Of a DNA stretch of 64,000 bases, positions 1 through 12,099 are shown in pieces (within the stretch, counting starts at the first letter, position 1; each line of letters starts with the position of its first letter). Where the stretch lies: NCBI GenBank assembly GCA_951406725.2, contig OX597843.1, positions 20,770,001-20,834,000 on the forward strand, given 5' to 3'. The notes beneath the pieces are model-generated. The model had not been told where the DNA came from, made no database searches, and was given only the letters and a program-made list of their open reading frames with translations. Position numbers and translations under genes: made by a program. This DNA comes from Octopus vulgaris. Taxonomy: Eukaryota.

Positions 1-177
1 CCACTTGTTTCCCCATTCTGATATTCCACGTTATTTTTCCTGTCTTAATATATCTTCTTTTCCTGCATTTATCGTCTTCATCACAACTTTTTCTCTACAT
101 TCATCTTGTTCATCATATTCTGGTTCTTCTGCTTTTAATTTTTTCAACTGATTTCTCCTCTCTTCACGAATCATTTT

Positions 178-396
178 TGCTTCTTCTTCTTCTTCTTCTT
201 CTTCTTCTTCTTCTTCTTCTTCTTCTTCTTCTTCTTCTTCTTCTTCTTCTTCTTCTTCTACTTTTTCTTCTTCGTCTTCTTCTATTTTTCTATATCTATA
301 ATTCTATGATTTATTTTCCTTCACATTCTTCGTTATTCTTATCAGTTTCTAATTTTTCATCACATCTTTCATCATATTTATGGTCATCATCGTCGC

Positions 397-461
<65 letters not shown>

Positions 462-462
462 G
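178..462. repeat. (CTT)n and (ATC)n microsatellites
   Basis: (CTT)n at ~178-258 and (ATC)n at ~397-460 are directly visible. They explain the poly-L/poly-S ORF at 177-653. Confidence 0.97.
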
Positions 463-477
463 TATCATCTTCTGCGC

Positions 478-956
478 TATCATATATTCCTGTGAATATA
501 TTCCTTCTTAGCCAGGACTGGGCAGCTAGAGATAATATGATTTATTGTTTCTTGTCCATCTCCACATATTCTGCAGTTACTTGTAATATTTCTTTTCATT
601 ACATGTTTTTGGTAATTTCTGGTGGGGAGGCTTTGGTCTTGTGCTGCAATTAAAAATCCCTCTGTTTCTGCTTTGAGTCCTGAGCTTCTCAACCATTGCT
701 GGGATTTTTCTTTGTCTATTTCTTTTGCGTTTAGTTTAGTTCAGTATTTACCATGAAGGGGTTTTTCTTGCCATCGTTTTATCATGGCTCGTTGCTGTTC
801 TATTTTTAGTTTGGATTTCATTTGTTTTATAGCTTTTGTTGTTTCTTCATCATCTTCTTCTTCTTCTTCATATTTATTAGGTGGTATGATTTCTTGTTTG
901 TATTTGTCAGCTTCCTTAAATACTGAGAACAGTTTTTTGTTTTGCTCGTGTTTTGC

Positions 957-957
<1 letters not shown>
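478..957 (-). mobile_element. R4/Dong-like non-LTR retrotransposon fragment (post-RT region with CCHC zinc knuckle)
   Basis: ORF 480-692(-) reads GLKAETEGFLIAAQDQSLPTRNY...CRICGDGQETINHIISSCPVLAKKEYIHR. The ETEGF-AAQDQ plus CxxC-H-C pattern is typical of R4-clade RLE elements. Truncated at both ends. Confidence 0.72.

Positions 958-1031
<74 letters not shown>
958..1031. repeat. (TAT)n/(TAA)n microsatellite
   Basis: Pure trinucleotide run; explains the poly-Y ORF. Confidence 0.97.
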
Positions 1032-1034
<3 letters not shown>

Positions 1035-1307
1035 AACGAAATACATTATAATCGAACCAAGTGAAACCGAGTTTATTGAGCAGAGAACTTTTTGAAATGT
1101 CAACTGATGAGAAACATCTGCAAAGAAAGATGCACCGCGGCCAATCGACCATTATCTCATCCCTGAGGGGCCGATTGAAGACGGGTAGAAACGGCAGTAA
1201 TGATTAATGTATCACGTAGAATCCACTTTCCATTTCCGTCATACGTGTGTGTGTGTATTTTGTATGTGTCTGTATTGTGTATGTGTGGTTGTGTGTGCAT
1301 ACGCTTA

Positions 1308-1445
1308 GGCGTTGGCATGGCTGTGTGATAGGAATTTTGCTTCTGTATTCAGTCCTTCTGCGTGTACTCTGCTTTCCAACCGAACAAACCCGTGTATGTT
1401 AGTTACTTGGGTACACGGTAACTGAAGGAAATCCGTTGTATATAT
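1308..1445 (+). mobile_element. Degenerate copy of SINE family A
   Basis: ggcgttggcatggctgtgtgatagg...ttcagtccttctgcgtg...actgaaggaaatccgttgtatatata resembles the head of the intact copies at 3070-3470 and 63343-63752. Confidence 0.55.
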
Positions 1446-1469
1446 AAATTTTCTGAACGAGCTATGTTT

Positions 1470-1770
1470 AATAGAAGTAACTCATGTTACCTGAGCAATA
1501 ATACAACTGCCCCAGCTTTTCTGACACTTTCCGAAATCCGGCCTGGACTTAGTTTCCATAGGCGAGTCGAGGACCTCTTGACTTCGACAATGATGATAAG
1601 TTTGCTCTTGATCTCGACCTTTGAGCTGATTTTTCATCTTGAGAAACGGATGCATGTCAGCAGGTGGTAAATCTGGCGAATAGGGCTGATGCGGACGCAG
1701 TTGCATGTTGTTTTTGGCAAGAAACTTACGAGTGAGGTGATAGGTGCATTTTTGTCGTGAAAAATTCAAT
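1470..1770 (-). mobile_element. mariner transposase C-terminal remnant (pseudogene)
   Basis: ORF 1482-1904(-) contains FLAKNNMQLRPHQPYSPDLPPADMHPFLKMKNQLKGR (mariner YSPDLAP motif) and a terminal WxxCI motif. Confidence 0.82.
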
Positions 1771-1989
1771 ACTTCGCGAATCCAGATCCGGTCATTTTCC
1801 CCAAACGTCCTCCCTGAATAATCTCCCAATGTACAATACCGAGGATATCGGAAAAATATGATGAACTTGCTCTTTATTAAGCTGTGATTTATTCGTGCGC
1901 CCATACACTCGAAACATTACGTACGACCCACTGTCGTAGAGTAATGTTTCGAGTTGTAAGGTACCTCACGAGTGGAATTATATATGAAA

Positions 1990-2686
1990 GAATGTTTGAA
2001 AATGCAATGTTAAAAAATATGTATTTACTTGACCGGTTTCACTTATTTAAAAAGAATTGTCAAAAGCAACATGTAAACGCTTTGTTGTGTTAGGTACTGG
2101 TTGTCACAAAGTATTACAATACATATATACTCTCTTTAATAATAATAAGAATATGTTAATCTTGAATATGAACATCTTGGGAAAATATAAAAGAAATTTG
2201 ACAACTTCATTAAAATATTGGGTACAAAATATTACAATACATATATGCATTATTTGATAATAAAGAGAGAATGTTAAAACAGTTTACAGAAAGAATTATT
2301 AAAAAGTTCAGAGGAAAATTGGTATTGTATCTGTATATATACACACAGAAAATTATAAGTTCAAAAAGGTTACATTTTGGTAGTATATAAATGTACAATG
2401 AGGGAGATATGTTTAGTTTGAACTGACCTGATTCACCATATTATCGTAAAAGCTTTTACAATAATATGCGGAATCAGGTCAGTTCAAACTAAACATATCT
2501 CCCTCATTGTACATTTATATAATACCTAAATGTTCATATTATTATCAAATAATGTGTGTATGTATTGTAGACAACCAGTACCTAACACAACAAAGCTTTT
2601 ACATGTTACTTTTGACATTCTTTTTCTAAGAGAGTGAAACCGGTCAAGTAAATAAACATCTTTTAAAATCGCATTTTCAAACATTC
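1990..2686. repeat. ~700 bp foldback palindrome (MITE-like)
   Basis: gaatgtttgaaaatgc at 1990 pairs with gcattttcaaacattc ending at 2686. 2385-2434 is perfectly complementary to 2471-2520. The centre gtaaaag|cttttac at 2452/2453 has no loop. Confidence 0.93.
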
Positions 2687-2699
2687 ATTCTTTTATTCG

Positions 2700-3068
2700 A
2701 CTGGCCGAGTTTATGGGATTGACCGGAGATCGCTGCCGCTGCAGTCTTTTGAGATTCCTGCCCTGATATTGGTTCACTTGGATAGCAAGAGGTCAAGTGG
2801 TATCTTGAAACATCTACACCCTCTCCTCAGATGTGTTGGCAAGGCGTTAAATATCTGTGAGCACTTGAACTCCAAACTATTGCAGTACATTCTCCTAATA
2901 TTAAATGAGAGAGCCGGGACTTTTGGAACCGTGCAGTGATGTCCAATTCGAGGTCTGGTATAAATCTGAATTCCAAAGTTTGATACCAGATTCCCTAGTA
3001 ACTTCCACACATATCACTACATACCTCTCCGGTTTTCGCTCCATGGAGTAGAGTCGTAACTCTTGCAT
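2700..3068 (-). mobile_element. CR1/L2-group LINE 3' fragment
   Basis: The minus strand reads LYSMERKPERYVVIYVWKLLGNLVSNFG...NSLEFKCSQIFNALPTHLR, the C-terminal pattern of CR1-group ORF2. Confidence 0.7.
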
Positions 3069-3069
3069 A

Positions 3070-3470
3070 TACTCTTTACTCTTTTACTTGTTTCAGTCAT
3101 TTGACTGCGGCCACGCTGGAGCACCGCCTTTTAGTCAAGCAAATCGACCCCGGGACTTATTCTTTGTACTTATTCTATCGGTCTCTTTTCCCGAACCGCT
3201 AATTGAAAGCGACGTAAACACACCAGCATCGGTGGTCAAGCAATGCTAGGGGGACAAACACAGACACACAAACATACACACACACGTATATATATATACA
3301 TATATACGACGCGCTTCTTTTCCGTTTCCGTCTAATAAATCCACTCACAAGGCTTTGGTCGGCCCGAGGCTATAGTAGAAGACACTTGCCCAAGATGCCA
3401 CGCAGTGGGACTGAACCCGGAACCATGTGGTTGGTAAGCAAGCTACTTACCACACAGCCACTCCTGCGCC
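3070..3470 (-). mobile_element. tRNA-derived SINE, family A (octopus-type)
   Basis: Head GGCGCAGGAGTGGCTGTGTGGTAAG (A-box-like) and GGTTCAGTCCC (B-box-like), internal (TA)/(TG) tract, 3' tail (GAGTAAAA)n. Several copies in the window. Confidence 0.9.
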
Positions 3471-3499
3471 TATAAATATATATATATTCATATAATGTA

Positions 3500-3740
3500 C
3501 ATATGTGTGCGAGTGTGTGTGTGACTTAGTCTCTATGTTTGTACTCACTACTTCTTCACAACCTATGTTAGTGCGTTTAATTCCTCGTCAGTTAGCGATT
3601 TCGCATAAGCGGCCGACAGGGTAAGTACTAGGGTTTAAGAGAATAGTTAGTGGTCTCGATTCGTTCGAGTTACATACTTCAAGGTGATTCTCCTGCTGCA
3701 AAGTAATCAACTTACTGAAACAAGTAAAAGAGGAAAGAAT
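3500..3740 (+). mobile_element. Old, diverged 3' half of SINE family A
   Basis: Ends in actgaaacaagtaaaagag like family A; the body is weakly similar. Mirrored at ~63080-63310. Confidence 0.55.
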
Positions 3741-3753
3741 GGTATATACATTC

Positions 3754-3881
3754 ATACATACATACATACATACATACATACATACATGCATGCATACATA
3801 CATACATACATACATACATACATACATACATACATACATACATACATACATACATACATACATACATACATACATACATAC
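3754..3881. repeat. (TACA)n microsatellite
   Basis: Directly visible. The mirror (TATG)n at ~62921-63066 has more ATGC interruptions. Confidence 0.97.
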
Positions 3882-4140
3882 TTGCATATATACGAAACTG
3901 ATGAGAAATAAGCGAATGGTTTCAACGACATTCTTTATTCCATATCCCTGCAATTGTGTCAACACATCACACCCGTATTCCATTGATGAGATAATATGGT
4001 TAATATCTTGTGTGATCACTGCCATTCATCAAAGGTGGAACATGTGTCTGTGAAATGATAGTATGATCTAACGTAGAACTTATTGAAATACTCACCTAAA
4101 AGCATATTTTACTCCTACGATATATGGTAAGAATTAAGCT

Positions 4141-4415
4141 GAGATCCCCGTCGGTCATGACTGACCGTGGGATTGCACCTAAAAATACCCTCCCAGGCAC
4201 AAGTCCGGGCAATGTTGTTTATGGAAGACCAGCATATCGGCCTCCCTCTCTATCTAAGGGAAAGGCAAAGAGGCTGATACAACTTGGAACCTGTGTCGTC
4301 GCAACTCATTTTTACAGCTGATTGAACTGGAGCAACGCGAAAGAATGGGTCTTGCTCAAGAACTCAACACGCAGCACGATTATAAGCTCCACGCTCTAAC
4401 CACAGAGCCATGCGC
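4141..4415 (-). mobile_element. tRNA-derived SINE, family C (CORE/Deu-like central domain)
   Basis: The minus strand reads GCGCATGGCTCTGTGGTTAGAGCG, then cttgagcaagac...gctccagttcaatcagctgtaaaaatgagt, resembling conserved SINE core domains. Confidence 0.65.
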
Positions 4416-5366
4416 TATATATTAATTATATCATCTGAACAATATACAATGGTAGTGTTTTAGAATAAAGAATATCGTTTAATTCATTCTCTCTTATTCA
4501 CCTCTGTTTAAACACTAAACAGAAAAAGGAAAAAGAAACAATTTTTCCACAATAAAAAACTGAGATACAACAGACATAATTCAAAAATCTTTAGTAACAG
4601 TCTTCAACGCGGATTTCGAAATGGCAAATCCAAATCGCCATACAATAACACCATATAAACACCAGTTGCTGATGTCACATAAATCATTGAAATTTTACAT
4701 CTGATCAGAACCGAACTTGAGCAAACACAACAAAGTGACGCTTTAAGAGAATCAATCAACTGGAATCGCTGATGACCGTCCCCCAATGGGAAGCCCATCA
4801 GGAAGAACCACAACCTTGCCCACCAGAAAAATTAGAGGTCACTTGTAATTTAATGAAGCAAATATCAGATCGGTTCACGGCAAAAAATTGTAAACACATC
4901 CAATTCGAAAAAACGCCGTTACAAGCAAAAGTCCTTGCACACGACGGAAAATGATTCACAGGGACTGTGCTCAAAGATTTCCCTTATTCCACTATCTCAA
5001 TTATTCCCTTGTTTTTCTCCTTCTTTACCCTGTATGGCCGAAACTCTGATGATACACATTTCTTATCAATCTTTTGAATTTTATGCTTTTAACCAAGATA
5101 TTCCACATCTTTTATATTATTGAATGTTATGAATATTTAAATCATATTTCATATCACTGAAACTTGTAAAATTTGAAACATGTTTTTTTCGTTCATTATT
5201 TTAAATTTTTACCATTGATAAACCCAAAATATTGTTGAAACTAGTTTTGTATGTATGTAAATAAGGTTATTTAAAACCAATTACAAGTTTTTTAAATTGT
5301 GGTGCATTGTGAACAACAAATTTTCCTATAGTTTTGCCTCCTCTATATATACATACATACATATAC

Positions 5367-5479
<113 letters not shown>

Positions 5480-5574
5480 GCACGTAAGAAAATGGAGGAG
5501 AACAATAGTTGGTTCATCAACTTTAGGACATTAGAAATATTAACTTATTTATTTGTGTAACTGATAATTATAAT

Positions 5575-8500
5575 TGTTGTTGGCATCCTTTTTGTCTCGG
5601 GAGTCAATGGAGTTGCGCATAAAATAATCTAGTCCGGTTTTTACATTTCATATCCTAATACATCTCCTGCTGTGGCTGTGTAGTCCTATCCTGGACAAAC
5701 ACTCCCTCCGGCAGGCACCGCAAATGTAGCGAAGACATTGCCTGGCTGGTTGTAATGTCATAATTTCTTGTTGACATCTTTTCTTGTATTTCCATTTCTC
5801 CTCTCTCTGTCACTCCATTGTGTTCCCTCTTTTACGGTACGTCGACAATCTCCACGGTTGCTGGCAACTGCTTGACAGTTGGTAATATTGATGTTGCAGG
5901 CATTTATAACCCTTTTGCAAACATCCTTGTAACGTAAGAGCGGTCTTCCCACAGACCTAGTGCCCCTAGCAAGCTCTCCGTAGAGTATGTCCTTGGGGAT
6001 TCTGCCATCTTCCATACGGCTAACATGCCCAAGCCATCTCATACGTCTTTGTGTGAGGAGTGCAAACATGCTTGGTATTCCTGCTTGCTTGAGGACATCT
6101 TTGTTGGGGAGATGGTTATGCCATCTGATGCGAAGGATTTTCCGGAGGCAGCGCAAATGAAATATATTTAGGCGACGCTCTTGGCGTGTGTATAGCGTCC
6201 AAGTCTCACTTCCATACAGTAGAGTGCTCAGTACACATGCCTGGTAAATCTTCATTTTTGTGTTCTTGGTCAGCTTATTGTTGTCCCATGCCCGTTTGGA
6301 GAGAGAGTTGGGTCATCACAGCAGCTGCCTTGCCAATGCGTATATTGAGCTCAGCATCAAGGGATAGGTTGTAGGTGTTGGTAGCGCCAAGATAGGTAAA
6401 ACGTCCCCACCTCCTGTAATCTGTGGTGTCCAATATGTATGTTTGGGATGTCCGGTGTAGCCCGACCCATGACGTTGGTCTTCTTGAGGCTGATAGGTAA
6501 GCCAAAGTCTTTACATGCCTGCTCACAACAGGTGATGAGCCTTTGTAGGGCTTCTTCTGTGTGTGATACCAGAGCTGCATCATTTCCTTGATCAGGACGC
6601 TTCTTATTTTGGTCTTGCCACGCAGGCGCGAGAGACTGAACAGTCTCCCGTCACTTCTACTCTGCAGAAACACTCCATCATTTGATGTCTGAAAGGCATG
6701 TGAGAGCATCAACGAGAAGATGCTAAATAATGTAGGAACAAGGACACAACCTTGCTTTACTCCGTTTTTTATTTGGAAGGCGGCTGATGTTGATCCATTG
6801 TGCTGTATGGTGCCTTGCATATCATCATGGAAAGATTTGATGATCCTCAGCAGCTTTGGTGGACATTCGATTTTTTGGAGCAGGATGAAGAGGCCTTTTC
6901 TACTTACAGAGTCAAAGGCCTTTGTCAGATCAATGAAGGTCATATATAATGGCATTTTCTGTTCTCTGGACTTCTCCTGAAGTTGGCGTATGGAGAATAT
7001 CATGTCAGTAGTTGATCAGCTTCTTCTAAAGCCACACTGCGATTTCGGATAAATTCGAAAAGTAAGCAGTTGTAGCCTGGACAGGATAACGCGAGCAAAG
7101 GTCCTTCCAACAGTACGTAGATGAGATATTCCACGGTAATTGTTACAATCACCACGGTCACCTTTGTTTTTGTAAAGCGTAATGATGTTAGCATCCCGCA
7201 TATCCTGAGAGACTGTACGCTCTTCCCAGCACTGATACAGAAGCTCATGAAGGTGCCGAAGCAGGATTGTGTTTTTGCCGGCTTTGATGATCTCTGAGGG
7301 GATGCCGTCTTTTCCCGGAGATTTGCTACTTGCTAAGGTGTCAATACCCTTTCTAGGGCGTCTATAGCTCTTCTATAGATGGCGGAATGTCAAGTTCGCT
7401 CATAACTTGCAAGATCTTGACACTCTCGATTGCAACCTCAGCTACCGTGGTCTGCCGTGAGTAGAGATCCTGGTAGTATTCCACCGATCTATCCATTTGC
7501 TTCCTTTGGTCCTTGATGAGATCTCCAGTAGTTGATTTCAGAGGAGCTGACTTGGTTGCGGATGGACCGAGGGCCTTCTTCAAACCGGCATACATCCCAC
7601 GGGTGTCGCCCCTGTCAGCAGCTGACTGGATACTCTGACAGATTTCCTGCCAATACCTATTTGCTCAATGTCTGACTGTCAGTTGGGTTATATATTTTGC
7701 CTTTCTGAGTTCTTCGAGTGATTTTGTAGAAGAATCACTCTTGTATTGCATCAGAGCTACACGCTTTGCTTCGATAACTGGTTCCAGCTCTGAACTAATC
7801 TCGATCTTGCCTTTCTCTCATGCCGAAAGTATCTATTGATGTGGTATACAAAGCTTTCCTGATATAATTCCACCTACTTTCAGCAGAGGAGGTTGGGCAG
7901 CTACTGAGGGCAAACTTGATAGAAACAGCAAAACATTTTCGCAGTGTAGGGTCCGAGGTTCTGGCAGTGTTAATGCGTGGTCGGCCCATTTTCTTGGAGT
8001 GATGGACTTTTTAAGCAGGATCGTCACCCTGCTTCTAATTAGTGAGTGATCTGTGACACAATCCGTGCTGTGGTAAGTACTGGTGAGTTGAATAGAATTC
8101 AGAAAGGAACTTCGTGTGATAATGAGATCCAGCTGATGCCAGTAGTGAGATCTTGAATGTCTCCAAGATGTCTTGTGGGATGTCTTGTTGGCAAATAATG
8201 TGTTGGTGATGCACAGGTTATGGTATGTGCAAAATTCAAGTAGTCTCTCACCATTGTCATTCATGTTGCCAATATCAGGGTGTCCAACACAAATGGGCCA
8301 CGAATCATGGTCAGATCCCACGCGAGCGAGAAAATCTCCTAAAAGGTAGATGTTTTCATTTGTTGGTATATTTTTAATGACACAGTTGAGATCTTTATAG
8401 AACTGGTACTTGGTCTCCTCTGAGCCGTAGACAGCGGGAGCATAGAAGCTGGGTAGATGTACTGAGCCAGAAGAAGTCGAGAGGCGCAGTGAGAGGATAC

Positions 8501-9268
8501 GCTCAGTGTCTCCTGATGGTGGTTCTATTGAGGAGAGTAATGCGTTTCTCGCTGCAAAGCCAACGCCATGCTGACGAGGTTCTTCTGGAACGCTTCCCTG
8601 CCAAAAGAAGGTGAAATCCTGTTCTTTGAGTTTGCTGTTTGAGGGGGGTCTTGTCTCCTGCAGCCCAGCAGTGTCTATGTTAAGCCTCTCTAGTTCATGG
8701 TCAATGATGACCGCCTTTCTTGTGTCTTCAACCCTGAGTAGATCATCAGATATACCAGGGCACATGGCCCTGACATTCCAGCTTCCTAACCGTAGGACTG
8801 GTGGTTTCTTGTCTTTTAGTTGTTTGCCTGGTGCCGACCTTATGTAATTTTGAAGTGTTTTCAAGTCAAACTCTTAGCTCCAAGCACCCAATGAATTAGG
8901 CGACCTGTGGCGGGTCAGCAACTTATTAACTGGGGGCTGCCCAGCTTCAGATAGGCAGTAGCTAACCAATGGGACATGGATGTCCCTCTCACGGTCAGAG
9001 GTGTCCCGTGGTGCCCATATCGGACGCCAATGTCAATGGACTTATCGCCCGTGACGGTTAACTCCCGTATTTTTTCTGCCACGTTTTACAGCAGCACTGA
9101 AGTGTCCTCTCTAGTTTTGCGCAGGCCTGGGCTAGAATTAAGAAAATCCTGGGTAGCCCAATCGTCAGGATTCTTCTCTCGACCTTGATGATGTAGTCCA
9201 AAGGAGTGCAGAGCATTACGTTTGGCACCAGCCAGGTTGCAGGAGCTGCTGGAAGAGTGTCGAATCGA
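5575..9268 (-). mobile_element. RTE-clade (BovB-like) LINE, near full length, frameshifted
   Basis: APE endonuclease (LRLGSWNVR, GLQETR, HGVGFA, LLGDF, HQLDLII, TDH) in 7833-8864. RT motifs (NYRGIS, QCGFR, FIDLTKAFDSV, GVKQGCVL) in 6275-7201. RTE C-terminus (LLYGSETW, MRWLGHV, RIPKDILYGEL) in 5758-6255. Contains several stops and frameshifts. Confidence 0.93.
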
Positions 9269-9563
9269 ACACTAAACTAATCATAATAACATACATAATT
9301 ATAATAACATACATACATATAGCATATAAGATAAGGATACAAGTAATTATTGAACAACATGAATATAAATTAGTAAAATAACTTGCAGCTGTTTCAGCCC
9401 ATAGATAAAAGTATCTCATTCTGGGTTTATTAATCAAGTGTATTGAGGTAATAGGCAGATGACAATGAGGTACTTGTATATATCTCCAGGGTTCCTCAGA
9501 GATTATCAAGTACAATAATAATTATAAACATGAATATAAAATTAACAAAATACATACACACAT

Positions 9564-9604
<41 letters not shown>

Positions 9605-9879
9605 GGCTGCTCCCTCGTTATCGAGTATGGCCATTGCACGAAGCTTAACTGTTACTGGTGCTGTGATCGAACGTGACTTTTTGGCCCAGCTAAAGATCTA
9701 CAATGTCTTGTACCAAATTGTCAACTAAAACCTTTGCTGGTAATAGCCGGCTGCAGTTGTAACTGGGCTTCATGTACGTAAATGTATATACATACATACA
9801 TATATGTATATACATACATACATGTATATATATATATATATATACATACGTACATACATACATATATGGTTATACATAA

Positions 9880-9956
<77 letters not shown>

Positions 9957-9981
9957 TGGTTATACATAATTATATATATAC

Positions 9982-10138
9982 AGTGGCTGTGTGGTAAGTA
10001 GCTTGTTTACCAGCCACATGGTTCCGGGTTCAGTCCCACTGCGTGGCACCTTGGGTGGGTGTCTTCTACTATAGCCTCGGGCCGACCAAAGCCTTGTGAG
10101 TGTATTTGGTAGATGGAAACTGAAAGAAGCCCGACGTA

Positions 10139-10218
<80 letters not shown>

Positions 10219-10435
10219 TGTGTGCGCGTGTGTTTGTATGTCTGTGTTTGTCCCCCCAACATCGCTTGACATCGCTTGTTTATGTCCCCTCACTTAGTGG
10301 TTCGGCAAAAGAGACCGATCGAATAAGTACTGGGCTTACAAAGAATAAGTCCCGGGGTTGAGTTGCTCGATTAAAGGCGGTGCACCAGCATGGCCGCAGT
10401 CAAATGACTGAAACAAGTAAAAGAGTAAAAGAGTA
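9982..10435 (+). mobile_element. SINE family A (5' end clipped)
   Basis: Same body and tail as 3070-3470, embedded in (TA)n. Confidence 0.9.
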
Positions 10436-12099
10436 TATATATACATATATATATATCAGAAATATTAAATTTCTAAATGTCTCGAAGAGTCATGAGCGGT
10501 GGTGGAGCGAAGGTGTGGTTGTATACTGTCAACATAACGTAACTGTCCCGTAAGGGAATTACACCACCGCTGTTTAGCCCTCATATTGTGAGTATACATC
10601 CACTCTATATATATAAATATATACTGAAACATACATACACATCTACATCCATAAGTACATATAATATTCAGTTATTACTAATATTATTATTATTAATATT
10701 AGATTAGGTGTATTATGCTATTCACAACAGATAGTATATCAAAATTAAAATATAGAATATAAATATAATATCTTACAGATGTTTATGAAAGATATAAGTA
10801 TATTAATTTTACAATCAATATATCATAGATTTATTATAGTTATGTCAATATTATTCTGCATACATATTGGTAAACATTTCCTAAACATTTTATTCTTTCA
10901 TTTTTTAATTCCCAACCTGTTTTCCTTATCGTGTATACGTCATAAATTTTCTTAACTCTTCTCTCTCTACACACATCCCTCAGTATATGATAATATACAA
11001 AGACCTTGGCACGCGTACACAACTACTAGATTCTACAGACGCACACCATATACGCGCGTGTGAACTAATACGCACTCACATAATAATCTCAGATGAAAGC
11101 TACTACTACTACTACTATCTCCCACTTCACTCGCCGTCCTTAGATTTTAAAGCCAAATTAGTTCTACCAACTCGACGAGCAAACCGTGGTCTATTATTTT
11201 ACAACGTAAATACAATATCTTCCTCCTTCCTCTCCTTCAAACACCACTCTATCCACTTCAGATACTACACCTATATCTTCATCCTATAATTCTGTTTTAA
11301 ATGGCTATATATAATGCTACAATATGTTTACTTATCTATCCTACAACGGACCCGTGAATGACCCCGGAAGACGTGCATAAAGCCACTCGCCAGCCAATTT
11401 CCATATCAAACCTTGTCTTCGTACACTCCTTAATCAGTAACAAACGTTCTCATTCTTATACATAGGATTTCTTCTATTTTATTTGCATTTTCCTTCTGCT
11501 CAACTGTTTTCCTCCCGAACTGTCCTTTCTTTGCATTTTGATCAAATTCCCAACGAGTTTACACGGGGATTCTAACGAGAATGTAAACTTCACATAATCA
11601 CGATATCCTTTGACTGAAGAGTAGCTTGTGGTATACCCCATGTTAGGATAATATGCTACTTTCGTGGTTCTCTTAGCTATGAAGATTATGTAGCCTGTAT
11701 TGTGTCTACGCTATTCCCTACACACACATACGCATATATCTATATACTCTAGATAAATATCCCTTCGTTGCCGAGCGTATCCCACAACAGAATATTTTGG
11801 TAGACTTTTGGTACAGCATTCCCTCATAAGATACCTTTTCTGCGTTCTGGTGAGGATTTTCCATTTTTTTCACCTCAACGTTGCAGATGATGGCAGGAAG
11901 CTCTTTAAAAATTGTTTTAATGTGTGTTGATTTTATTCACATACCCTATCCCAATCGGTACCGATTTTGGCCAATGCTTTTGAACGACGCATTTAAAAAA
12001 GTTTTGAATGAAAAATTTGGGAATTCAGTGACCACCATTATAATCCACACTTTCTTTCTTTTCAAACGAAAAGTGAAACGTAATTTGAGAACAATGGCG

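Noticed and set aside
177-1032. Poly-L/poly-S/poly-Y ORFs, and an Asp/Glu-rich reading on the minus strand
   Set aside because: Translations of (CTT)n, (ATC)n and (TAT)n microsatellites. The acidic minus-strand reading is broken by stops.
3588-4053. ORFs with YIHT/CMYV/IY repeats here and at 5297, 9804, 13251, 20136, 56522, 61304 and 62787
   Set aside because: Stop-free frames produced by (TACA)n and (TA)n repeats; the frames are not kept between the two arms.
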